Source: Patescibacteria group bacterium (lineage in GTDB: Bacteria > Patescibacteriota > Minisyncoccia > Phycocordibacterales > UBA9973). From it: a DNA stretch of 51,479 nucleotides. Below the pieces are notes generated by a model. It did not search any database, had not been told where the DNA came from, and saw only the letters and a list, made by a program, of their open reading frames with translations. Both the position numbers and the translations under genes were made by a program. The stretch covers positions 1 through 51,479 of the forward strand of contig JAGWUB010000001.1 in assembly GCA_028868715.1 (NCBI GenBank). Reading direction: 5' to 3'. Shown piece after piece: positions 36,055-44,289 of the stretch (positions are counted from its first letter, which is position 1; each line of letters opens with the position of its first letter).

Positions 36055-36320
36055 TAAAAAAACAGGCGCTTTTAAGGTACGCCTGTATTGTAGATTCACA
36101 GCATCTACGGACCCGCTGGGGTATGTTTGAGCCCAGCATAAGATAATTGGATCACCCCCTTCAGCGATAGGCCGCCGAGCAAAACATAGGTCTCCATTGT
36201 CTCAGTCGACGTAAGTAGTTTCTGCGTCTCCGTGGATCGAATCTAGGCCCATTTTTTGATCTCATTTAGGTGTATGCTCCTTTTGGTTTAGATTTGTGAC
36301 ACTTGGGTACATCTTTATCC
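36055..36320 (-). ncRNA. Orphan structured RNA candidate 1 (~265 nt), family unknown
   Basis: It lies behind a 36-nt conserved element plus TATAAT (36327-36332). It ends in acaggcg/cgcctgt (36062-36086) plus a run of 7 U. The GC-enriched core has helices gctggg/cccagc (36115-36137) and gtagat/atctac (36090-36108). Only a 34-codon ORF is present. Confidence 0.35.
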
Positions 36321-36339
36321 CAACCAATTATAAAATTAA

Positions 36340-36375
36340 TAAAACAAATAAACTATTACATAATGTGTATAACTT
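36340..36375 (-). repeat. 36-nt conserved upstream element, copy 1
   Basis: Minus strand reads aagttatacaca-ttatgt-aatagtttatttgtttta. TATAAT follows 7 nt downstream. Confidence 0.85.
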
Positions 36376-36434
36376 TCAAGACTAGCTATAACATTTCAGC
36401 CATGACTGAAATAGTAATTATTGCAACATAAAAC

Positions 36435-38150
36435 TTACATTTTTGATGGGACTTGGATGCCGAGGAGGTGGAGGCCAGTTTTCATCACAAAAGTAAATGC
36501 GTAAGTTAACGCTATTTTGTAAGATGAGTTTTTATCTTCTTTAGATACGATAACTGTGTTTCCATAAAAGCTGTTGTAGGCACGAGCGACTTCTATCAAA
36601 TAGTTTGCTATATAGTGTGGCTCGTATTCTGAAGCTGATCGCGATACTACCTCTCTAAATTGGTATAGCAATTTTTCAACTTCAAAAGTTTCAAAGGGAA
36701 ACGTGTGTGGATCAGGTAAAATATTTTCCTTTTGAGCTTTTTCTAAAACTGAATTGGCACGAGCATAAGCATATTGTAAATATGGACCAGAGTCTCCCTC
36801 AAAGGAAATGGATTTTTCAAAATCATACATAATGTCTCCACCAGTTGATTGCTTTAATATCGAATATTTAAGAGCTGCCACACCGACAATTTCCGAAACC
36901 ATATTTTTTTCTTCCTTGCTCCATTCTCTGTCTTTTATTTTTTCTTCCACCAGAGCTATCGTATCGCGAACCAAAGACTCGCCAGTCACTACATTCCCCT
37001 TGCGTGAAGACATCTTGCCTGTGGCTAGGCGCATCATGCCATGAGTAATGTGTTTCATTTTTGATTCGTAGTCTGGATGAATTATGGAAAGTGCTTTTGA
37101 TACTACTCTCATATAGTCCATCTGCTCGTTGGCGGTGATAACTATACAGAGACTCATATCTGACAGAACAGTAAATTTTTCTTCGGTAAGCCCGAGTTCT
37201 TTTGTCTCGTAAGTAGGTAAACCCTTTGAAGTCATAAATACTCTGGTGTGTAGTTTCGGATCGTATTTTTCAGCTTTAAATACAATTGCCCCGTCTGATT
37301 CTTCGAAAACTTTACCCATGTTATCTCGCACGGCTTCTTGCCCGAGAATCGCCACTTTGCTTTCTAGAAAATAAAATTCAAATTTTGTTCCAAGTATTTT
37401 GTAAAGATCTTCAAAAGCTTTCATCGTCACCTCGAAGCCCCAATCATATATTTCGTTTATTTTTTCATCGCTTTTGTCGTAAATTTTCTTATTTATCTCA
37501 TCAATTTCATTTTTTGCCGTAGGGTCATTTTCATAAGCTGAAGCGCCTTGGGTATAAGCTTTGCCGATATTTGCCGATTGCATATTGTGAGAGCCAGATT
37601 TTTCTTGAAGTTTTTCATCTTTAAGTAAACCATAAATAGCTTTAGCCACATGAAGACCGATATCGCCTTGATAATTAGCTCGAGAGACAATAGCTCCAGA
37701 GTGTTCTAAGATTCTAGCAATGGATTCACCAATGGCGTTGGTCATCAAGTGCCCAATGTGAAAAGGTTTAAAAGGATTTGGGTCAGTATACTCCACCATT
37801 ATTTTTTTACTTGCGAGAGAGTCGTTTTTACCGACATCATATCCTTGATTTAAAATTTCTTCGACACTGCTACTAAAAAATTCTCTAGATAAATAAAAAT
37901 TTATAAATCCAGAGCCAGCCACTTCCACTCTTTCAATGTTTTTATCCAAAACTAATCTCAATATTTCGGTAACTATTTTATCTGCTACTTCTCGTGGACC
38001 TATTCCTAAGCTCTTGGCTACAACCATGGCCACATTCGTGGAATAATCCCCCATCTTTAAGTCTGCTGGGTGCTCCAAGCTAATATCGCTAACCTCAATA
38101 TCTAGATTTTCTAGCGCATCTTTTATTAAATTTTTTATTTCTTTTTCCAT
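36435..38150 (-). CDS. argS: Arginine--tRNA ligase
   Basis: It has the HIGH region (PNPFKPFHIGHL), a KMSSRKG-type loop (TGKMSSRKGNVV) and a DALR-type C-terminal anticodon-binding domain. The ORF track starts at 38189, overlapping dut. The ATG at 38150 (MEKEIKNL) is preferred. Confidence 0.95.
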   Translation of the reverse strand: MEKEIKNLIKDALENLDIEVSDISLEHPADLKMGDYSTNVAMVVAKSLGIGPREVADKIVTEILRLVLDKNIERVEVAGSGFINFYLSREFFSSSVEEILNQGYDVGKNDSLASKKIMVEYTDPNPFKPFHIGHLMTNAIGESIARILEHSGAIVSRANYQGDIGLHVAKAIYGLLKDEKLQEKSGSHNMQSANIGKAYTQGASAYENDPTAKNEIDEINKKIYDKSDEKINEIYDWGFEVTMKAFEDLYKILGTKFEFYFLESKVAILGQEAVRDNMGKVFEESDGAIVFKAEKYDPKLHTRVFMTSKGLPTYETKELGLTEEKFTVLSDMSLCIVITANEQMDYMRVVSKALSIIHPDYESKMKHITHGMMRLATGKMSSRKGNVVTGESLVRDTIALVEEKIKDREWSKEEKNMVSEIVGVAALKYSILKQSTGGDIMYDFEKSISFEGDSGPYLQYAYARANSVLEKAQKENILPDPHTFPFETFEVEKLLYQFREVVSRSASEYEPHYIANYLIEVARAYNSFYGNTVIVSKEDKNSSYKIALTYAFTFVMKTGLHLLGIQVPSKM

Positions 38151-38163
38151 TAGTAATTTAAAA

Positions 38164-38589
38164 TTATTTATGACCTGTGCTACCTTCACGCCTATCTCCT
38201 CGGACAGTTTCTGAAAGTTCGTCTACTTCTAGAATATCACAATGCTCAAATTTTTGAATGAGCATTTGGGCTATTTTATGATCTTTGGTCATCAATACTT
38301 CCTTATTAGAAACATTTAAAAGATTCATAATTATTTCTCCCCTATAACTAGAGTCTATGACCCCGCCCATAACTTTTAACCCTAAATTGAAGGAAATACT
38401 TGATTTATCCCAAATCAGCCCTACGTAGCCTTCTGGAATTTCAACTGCCACCCCAGTATGCACTCTTTCTTGCTTGCCGGGTGGAAAGATAACATCTTCG
38501 ACACAATAAAAATCCATCCCTGCATCCCCTGGATGTCCATGAGTTGGCAATTTGGCGTCTGCTATAAGTTTTTTTACTTTAATTTTCAT
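38164..38589 (-). CDS. dut: dUTP diphosphatase
   Basis: dUTPase motifs are present: GDAGMDF, GLIWDKSS, GVIDSSYRGE, IAQ, RG...GSTG. Confidence 0.9.
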   Translation of the reverse strand: MKIKVKKLIADAKLPTHGHPGDAGMDFYCVEDVIFPPGKQERVHTGVAVEIPEGYVGLIWDKSSISFNLGLKVMGGVIDSSYRGEIIMNLLNVSNKEVLMTKDHKIAQMLIQKFEHCDILEVDELSETVRGDRREGSTGHK

Positions 38590-39200
38590 TTTATTTTGAA
38601 ATGTTTGATAATAATGTCGGCAACTTTTTTGGGAGAAAGCTTGGTGTTATCTATGATAAAATTGTTTTTAACTGGTGCGCTAGTAATCCAATCTTTATTT
38701 ACATTTTCTAATATACCTTTAAGTAGCTTTGGGTTTTGTAATTTAAGAAACTTTTTCCTAGAATTTCCAGCGACCCTTTTTAATAAAGAATTTTTATCTG
38801 CTTTGAGGTGAACGAAAATTGCCATACCTCCTGCCCTAGTTATGATTGACTCAATTTTTTTCATATATGCTGGATCACTGACACCAGTCTTGGAAACATA
38901 ACTAGATGCAAAAGCATGAGTAGTTACTACATTTATTTTTGCATCAGCAACTTCTTTAAAAACCATAAGATTTATATTTTCATACAACCTACATAGATTA
39001 ATAGTGTCTCTCTCAAACAAGTTTCGAGCTATATCATACGCGTTATGATTGTGAAAGAACTTATATCCTGTGCGTTTTTGAAATTCATTTGCTACTGTAT
39101 ATTTACCCACAGCAAATGTGCCATAAAATACAATAACTGTAAATTTTTTATTTGATGATTTTTTTAACTTTTGCATAAATTTCTTCGTGAATATTTTCAA
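38586..39200 (-). CDS. P-loop NTPase/kinase-like protein with non-canonical Walker A (function unknown)
   Basis: VIVFYGTFAVGKYTVANEF (GxxxxGK-Y-T) is followed by ~170 aa of the size of small nucleotide/nucleoside kinases. It sits between tmk and dut and overlaps both neighbours. Confidence 0.6.
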   Translation of the reverse strand: MKIFTKKFMQKLKKSSNKKFTVIVFYGTFAVGKYTVANEFQKRTGYKFFHNHNAYDIARNLFERDTINLCRLYENINLMVFKEVADAKINVVTTHAFASSYVSKTGVSDPAYMKKIESIITRAGGMAIFVHLKADKNSLLKRVAGNSRKKFLKLQNPKLLKGILENVNKDWITSAPVKNNFIIDNTKLSPKKVADIIIKHFKIK

Positions 39201-39852
39201 AACTCCTCAGCTCTTCCCATTTCATGCATTCTATCTTTACCCAGTTTTTTTGAGTCTTGGCGAGCCAGAGGGCACTCCTGATAGAATTATTTAAAAAGTT
39301 TTTATCCTTCTCGTGCACATCCTTTTTCTGTTTTTTCCCTTTGCCTAGATACGCCCGAGCTCCTTTATAATCACGTTCTTTGATTAATTTTAAAACTGTT
39401 TTTATGGGCAGAGATAAGTATATTACAGTATTCGGTTCTGGAATTTTAAAAATTTTATATTCCATTTCCCCTAGCCACTCAATGAATGCCTGACGTTTTT
39501 TTACATTTGAAATTTTTCCTCCTTGGTGAATTTGGTTAGAAGAAATATACCTATCCATAACCACTACATACCCATCACGTAGCCACTTTTCAATTTTTTC
39601 TTTTGATTCCCATCTATCGGCGGCGTACACTACTGAAGCAATTTTAGGATGGATATTTACCCAATTGTAATATTGCTCAGAGAGACAATGGGCAATAAAT
39701 TTTCCGAAAAAATTGTCTTCATATTGTGGAAAGTGAATAAACTTTACTTTACGCCCATCCTTTTTTAGATGTTTTATGAGCAAATTTGCCTGAGTGCTCT
39801 TGCCACTAGCATCGGTGCCGTCTATTACAATGAGTTTGCCTTTTTTAGCCAT
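39148..39852 (-). CDS. tmk: Thymidylate (dTMP) kinase
   Basis: GKLIVIDGTDASGKSTQ (P-loop), VVMDRYISS (DRY-type motif) and a lid region are present. Confidence 0.9.
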   Translation of the reverse strand: MAKKGKLIVIDGTDASGKSTQANLLIKHLKKDGRKVKFIHFPQYEDNFFGKFIAHCLSEQYYNWVNIHPKIASVVYAADRWESKEKIEKWLRDGYVVVMDRYISSNQIHQGGKISNVKKRQAFIEWLGEMEYKIFKIPEPNTVIYLSLPIKTVLKLIKERDYKGARAYLGKGKKQKKDVHEKDKNFLNNSIRSALWLAKTQKNWVKIECMKWEELRSFENIHEEIYAKVKKIIK

Positions 39853-39857
39853 AATTT

Positions 39858-41102
39858 CTATACAAACTTCTTTGGTATTGGGAATTTTTTAGCAAGTTTT
39901 TTGATTTCTTTATGGACTTCTTGTTTTACTTTTTTATTATCTTTATTTTTTAGAACTGTGATCATCAGCTCGGCAACTTTGGCACAATCTTTTTCCTTAA
40001 ATCCACGGGTAGTAATCGCTGGTGTGCCAAACCTTATCCCTGAAGGATCCAGTGGCTTTCTGGTATCCCCAGCAATTGAATTCATGTTAAGGGTAATGCC
40101 AACTTCGTCCAGCACTGTCTGCGCTTCTCTACCAGTTACTCCTAAAGATCCATAGACATCAGCTAAAATTAGGTGGTTGTCTGTACCTCCACCGATCATC
40201 CGAATTTTATTTTTCTTGAAAACTTCAGCCATAGCTTTTGCGTTTTTTAAAATTTGTTTTGCATAAGCTTTATATTTTGGCGTCATTGCTTCTCCGAAGG
40301 CTACTGCTTTGGCGGCAATGGTATGCATGTGGGGGCCACCTTGAGTACCTGGAAAAATCGCTTTATCAATCTTTTTAGCGATCTCTTCACTGTCGCGAGT
40401 AAGAATAATTCCTCCGCGTGGTCCACGCAGAGTCTTGTGGGTTGTCGAAGTGATAATATCAAAACCATCGGCAAATGGATTGCGTAGAGCTCCAGCGGCT
40501 ATTAGACCAGCAATGTGTGCCATGTCTGCCATAGTAATGGCCCCGACTTCATGGGCAATTTCGACAAATTTTTTATAATTGAGAGTGCGAGGATATGCAG
40601 AAAAACCAGCAATAATTAATTTTGGTTTATTGGCTATGGCTACCCTTCTCATATCTTCATAATCAATTTCTCCTGTCTCTGGATCCTTCATTTTATAGGT
40701 GACAAATTTATAAATCTTTGCTGGTAGGGTCATTGGGTGTCCGTGAGTAAGGTGTCCCCCGTGCGATAAATCCATACCCATTACTGTGTCTCCAGGTTCG
40801 AGTAGTGCGGCATAAACAGCCAAATTCGCTGGAGCGCCAGAGTGTGGTTGAACATTGGCATATTTACATTTAAATAATTTACAAATACGTTCTATTGCTA
40901 GGCGTTCAACTTGATCGGTAAAATCCTGACCACCATAATAGCGTTTGCCCGGATACCCTTCTGAGTATTTATTGGTAAATACAGAACCATTGGCCTTTAA
41001 AACGTCTTCAGAAACATAGTTTTCAGAAGGAATCAGTTCCAGTCCTTCTCTTTGTCTTTTTTCTTCTGCTTTTATTAGTTTTTCTATCTTTTTATCTTTC
41101 AT
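39858..41102 (-). CDS. glyA: Serine hydroxymethyltransferase
   Basis: LELIPSENYVS, YSEGYPGKRYYGG and the PLP-lysine region TSTTHKTLRGPRGG are present. Confidence 0.97.
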   Translation of the reverse strand: MKDKKIEKLIKAEEKRQREGLELIPSENYVSEDVLKANGSVFTNKYSEGYPGKRYYGGQDFTDQVERLAIERICKLFKCKYANVQPHSGAPANLAVYAALLEPGDTVMGMDLSHGGHLTHGHPMTLPAKIYKFVTYKMKDPETGEIDYEDMRRVAIANKPKLIIAGFSAYPRTLNYKKFVEIAHEVGAITMADMAHIAGLIAAGALRNPFADGFDIITSTTHKTLRGPRGGIILTRDSEEIAKKIDKAIFPGTQGGPHMHTIAAKAVAFGEAMTPKYKAYAKQILKNAKAMAEVFKKNKIRMIGGGTDNHLILADVYGSLGVTGREAQTVLDEVGITLNMNSIAGDTRKPLDPSGIRFGTPAITTRGFKEKDCAKVAELMITVLKNKDNKKVKQEVHKEIKKLAKKFPIPKKFV

Positions 41103-41161
41103 AGGCAGATTGTATCACGCACTTATTAAAAAGTACAAAGCTTTTTTGTGTTGTTTAAATA

Positions 41162-41170
41162 TGCTATAAT
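41162..41170 (+). promoter_or_regulatory. Extended -10 promoter candidate (TGcTATAAT) for the SOD-like gene
   Basis: 'tgctataat' lies 33 nt upstream of ATG 41203 in the divergent glyA/SOD intergenic region. AT-rich DNA makes chance matches common. Confidence 0.3.
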
Positions 41171-41202
41171 GTAAGTATATTAGTAGTTAAAAATAAAAAA
41201 TT

Positions 41203-41796
41203 ATGAAAACATTTATCGCCAAAACTTTTAATATCGCTAAACTCAAGGGAATTTCTGAAGAAAATGTAACCGAACATTTGAAGCTCTATGCTGGATACAT
41301 AAATAATGCGAACACCATATTAAAAAAAATTGAAGAATTATCCCAAGATCCAGTAAAAAATGCTTATGAATTAGCTGAAGTTCAGAGAAGATTCGGTTTT
41401 GAATATGATGGTATTAGGAATCATGAAAATTATTTCGAATTGCTATCTAACGGAGCAAAAGATATTTCTAAAGATGGCGATCTGCGTAAAATGATAGAAG
41501 ATACGTGGGGTTCGTATGATAAATGGCTGGCTAGATTTAAAACTGTCGCTATGAGTCGTGGAGTCGGCTGGGCAATATTATACTTTGATAAAAAAGAAAA
41601 CTTTTTAATGAATGCTTACGTGGGAGACCATGAGCTAGGTCAGCTTTCTGGTTGTGCTCCTATTGTATGTCTTGATCTATGGGAACATGCATATATAGCT
41701 GATTATTCACCCGGTGGAAAAAAAGATTACGTTGAAGATTTTTTCATAAATCTAAATTGGGGCGCCGCTGAAAAATTTCTCAAAGAGGCGCAGTAA
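41203..41796 (+). CDS. Fe/Mn superoxide dismutase family protein (divergent N-terminal motif)
   Basis: The C-terminal signature LDLWEHAYIADY (DxWEHAYY) and central NHENYF (NHxxFW) are present. The N-terminal HHxKHHxxYV is reduced to EHLKLYAGYINNAN. Confidence 0.8.
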   Translation: MKTFIAKTFNIAKLKGISEENVTEHLKLYAGYINNANTILKKIEELSQDPVKNAYELAEVQRRFGFEYDGIRNHENYFELLSNGAKDISKDGDLRKMIEDTWGSYDKWLARFKTVAMSRGVGWAILYFDKKENFLMNAYVGDHELGQLSGCAPIVCLDLWEHAYIADYSPGGKKDYVEDFFINLNWGAAEKFLKEAQ

Positions 41797-43243
41797 AAAA
41801 ACTTTTTATACTTCTACCGAAAAGTCTATAAATAAAATAGGCGTAGGTTGAAATTGTAAGAATAAGTGGAAAATCTGGAATAGAAAACGCCGCAAATGGA
41901 ACGTTGGAGAAAAAACTTATAACTCCAAGCTCGTAATGTAAAAATAAATATGAAATGTATCCGAGTGGTACCGCAAATACATACCAAAAGAGTCCAGCGA
42001 AACCAGTCAGAAAACCTAAGAGCATAGTAAAAGGAATAAAGGGAAGAATCAAAACATTGGCTGGTAAAGCTACTAGTGAAAGATTGCCCATTTTATAAAG
42101 TATAAACGGAAAAACAAATACATACGCCGCCGCCGTGACTGATACAATATCTCGTAACTGTAAAGTAGTCGTCACCCATAAAAAATATTTCTCAATTCTC
42201 GGTGCAAAAAATATGACGGCCACTGTAGCAATAAATGAGAGCTGAAAGGAAACATCATAAACCAACACAAATGGGTTTAATAGAATCATAAAAACACCTG
42301 CTAAAATTAGTGCTCGGGCGACATCATAGTTTCTACCTGTCGCCCGAGCCACTAGGGCCAAGGTAGCCATTACTCCTGCCCGAATAGCCGTAGAGCTCCC
42401 ACCCGTCATTAAAATAAAAAGTAAAATTGCTAAAATACCCATCCAAATTCCAAGATTTCTAGGCAAAAATGCAAACAACTTCATAAACCATTCTGCGACG
42501 ATAGTCACGTTGTATCCGGAAAGGGCGACTATATGGATGGTACCAGTATTTACAAAACTTTGTCGAAGGGCTTGATCAAATGAAGACTTCTCTCCTAAAA
42601 TAAGTCCGCCCATCAACAAGCTTTCAGGTGAGGCTATGGCAAAATTTATTTTCTCTAAAAATTTTTCTTTAGCCAAAAACAATATACTTTTTAGATAACT
42701 ACCATTTCCATGAGAAACTACTTCTATTTTTGGATAATTTATCACGTAAAAAATATTGTCTTTGCGTAAATAATTTACATAATCAAATTCCTTACCTTGA
42801 TCAGTAATAAAATTTTCTGGTCTCTCTAATTTACCTTCAAGGTTTATTTTGTCACCATACTTATACTCCCCATCTAGATTTACATTTGCTAAAATTTTTA
42901 TTTTTTCTACTTCTATGGTCAATTTTTGATTATTCTCTCTAGCGTCTGGTTCATCTACAATTATTCCAGAAAAGGAAACTTGTTGCCCCACTTTTGATTC
43001 AAAACTATACGGTGCGGGTTTATCAGCAATGTGAAATCTAAAAATGCCAAAGGATAGTGCTAGGATAAAAATCGAAGCAACGATCCCCCACTTATTTTTT
43101 GAGATTAAGAAAAAAAATGAAAAAAGAGCCATCCCTAAGACTCCTAAAAATACAACTGTAAATATATTTATAAACAAAAAAGAACGTATGAGCACTCCAA
43201 GGATAAAACCAAAACATGTTGCGTAAAAAATCCTATCTTGCAT
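41780..43243 (-). CDS. comEC: ComEC/Rec2-family DNA uptake channel protein lacking the C-terminal metallo-beta-lactamase domain
   Basis: An N-terminal OB-like DUF4131 region (VSFSGIIVDEPDARENNQKLTIEV) is followed by a polytopic 'Competence' domain (TGTIHIVALSGYNVTIV...). At 487 aa there is no HxHxDH region. Confidence 0.85.
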   Translation of the reverse strand: MQDRIFYATCFGFILGVLIRSFLFINIFTVVFLGVLGMALFSFFFLISKNKWGIVASIFILALSFGIFRFHIADKPAPYSFESKVGQQVSFSGIIVDEPDARENNQKLTIEVEKIKILANVNLDGEYKYGDKINLEGKLERPENFITDQGKEFDYVNYLRKDNIFYVINYPKIEVVSHGNGSYLKSILFLAKEKFLEKINFAIASPESLLMGGLILGEKSSFDQALRQSFVNTGTIHIVALSGYNVTIVAEWFMKLFAFLPRNLGIWMGILAILLFILMTGGSSTAIRAGVMATLALVARATGRNYDVARALILAGVFMILLNPFVLVYDVSFQLSFIATVAVIFFAPRIEKYFLWVTTTLQLRDIVSVTAAAYVFVFPFILYKMGNLSLVALPANVLILPFIPFTMLLGFLTGFAGLFWYVFAVPLGYISYLFLHYELGVISFFSNVPFAAFSIPDFPLILTISTYAYFIYRLFGRSIKSFFTAPL

Positions 43244-43814
43244 TTAAAACTTCCTTAATTTTTTTAATTACTCTTTCATCAGTTAGATCTGTCTCGAGAA
43301 CATACTCTCCCCAAAGAAGTTGAGGTCTCTGTACTTTGAAGAAAAACTTACCAATGAGGTTGAATTGTTTTTCATTTTTTTCATTTACTCGCATGGTAGC
43401 CTTTGTTCCACCTCGCAACTCTATATCATCTAAACAAATTGCTAATATGTTTTCACCAAGACCCATACGACGAAACTCCGGTTTTATATAACTCCCATAA
43501 ATATACCAAATTTTGTCTTCTGCTTCGACTTGCTTGGCACTAATTGCTCCTATGGCTTCAGGGCCATTAAATGCTAATAATATAAACTTTAAGTTATTTG
43601 GAGCTAGTTCTGTCTTCCAACCTTCGTCTGTTTTATTTTTCTGTGTTTCAATATCTTTTTGTGTCATACCAAGCATTTCTATATCGTCTGACGCATCAAT
43701 GCTTGCAAGTTTTAATGCTTTATATGTTTCCCAGTCTTCTTTTGTCGCCATCTCTATCTTTACTGCCAGTTTTTCTTGTTTAGATTTTTTATTTTCTAAA
43801 GGGTTTTCCTTCAT
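43233..43814 (-). CDS. GNAT-family N-acetyltransferase
   Basis: A GNAT motif A-like YIKPEFRRMGLGENIL (R-x-x-G-x-G) is present at the appropriate position and length. Confidence 0.7.
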   Translation of the reverse strand: MKENPLENKKSKQEKLAVKIEMATKEDWETYKALKLASIDASDDIEMLGMTQKDIETQKNKTDEGWKTELAPNNLKFILLAFNGPEAIGAISAKQVEAEDKIWYIYGSYIKPEFRRMGLGENILAICLDDIELRGGTKATMRVNEKNEKQFNLIGKFFFKVQRPQLLWGEYVLETDLTDERVIKKIKEVLNAR

Positions 43815-43824
43815 GATTTTGTTT

Positions 43825-44289
43825 TTATTTTCTAAGTTTCACTGGTTCGTCGTCTGCAAAACTTGTAGCTATTTCGTCAGCCCTGTCGTTCCACTTATCG
43901 CCATTGTGGCCTTTAACATAATGCCACTTCGGCTCAAACTCTTTTGTTAGTTGATGTAAATCTTCCCAGAGTTCACGATTTAAAACTGGTTTTTTGGCAG
44001 AATTTCTCCAATTATTTTTTATCCAATTATGAATCCACTCTGTGGCTCCATGGATAACATATTTAGAATCCGCAAAAATTTCTACCGGCAGATCTAATTT
44101 ATGTTTTTTTAAATATTTCAATCCTTCTATGGCCGAGGTTAATTCCATTTGATTGTTGGTGGCGTGTTCGCTCCTTCCACCAATTTCAATAATCTTTTCT
44201 CCTAAAATAAAGACTGTACCCCAGCCAGCCCTACCTGGATTACCCCTCGCTGCGCCATCTGTATAGATAATTATTTTGTCTTGTTTCAT
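43825..44289 (-). CDS. rnhA: Ribonuclease HI
   Basis: IIIYTDGAARGNPGRAGWG, TNNQMELTSAIEGL, IFADSKYV and KGHNGDKWNDRADEIA carry the DEDD catalytic set. Confidence 0.92.
   Translation of the reverse strand: MKQDKIIIYTDGAARGNPGRAGWGTVFILGEKIIEIGGRSEHATNNQMELTSAIEGLKYLKKHKLDLPVEIFADSKYVIHGATEWIHNWIKNNWRNSAKKPVLNRELWEDLHQLTKEFEPKWHYVKGHNGDKWNDRADEIATSFADDEPVKLRK

Noticed and set aside
36161-36265. 34-codon Arg-rich ORF (MRSKNGPRFDPRRRRNYLRRLRQWRPMFCSAAYR) preceded by 'aaaggag' inside RNA candidate 1
   Set aside because: It does not resemble L34, L36 or other small basic ribosomal proteins. Genes in this window mostly lack SD sequences, so the 'ggag' carries little weight. The GC-rich, helix-forming sequence is better explained as structured RNA. 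It is kept only as a remote alternative.
36055-36320. Tested RNA candidate 1 by eye as tmRNA, RNase P RNA, 5S rRNA, SRP RNA or a TPP riboswitch
   Set aside because: Local resemblances exist: 'gggcctagattcga' versus a tmRNA 5' end or the RNase P CR-IV region, 'ggcggcctatcgctgaaggggg' versus a 5S 5' end, and 'ctgaga' versus the THI box. In each case the obligatory partners are missing. There is no 3' acceptor/T-arm complement, no GGAAAGTCC (CR-I), no CCGAAC loop C or closing helix I, no GGAAGCAGC-type SRP motif, and no complementary P2 strand.
41780-41782. Possibility of an alternative genetic code (UGA as sense, as in some CPR lineages)
   Set aside because: Long conserved ORFs end at TGA where homologs end; for example comEC ends at the revcomp TGA here. 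All recognisable genes translate full-length with the standard bacterial code.
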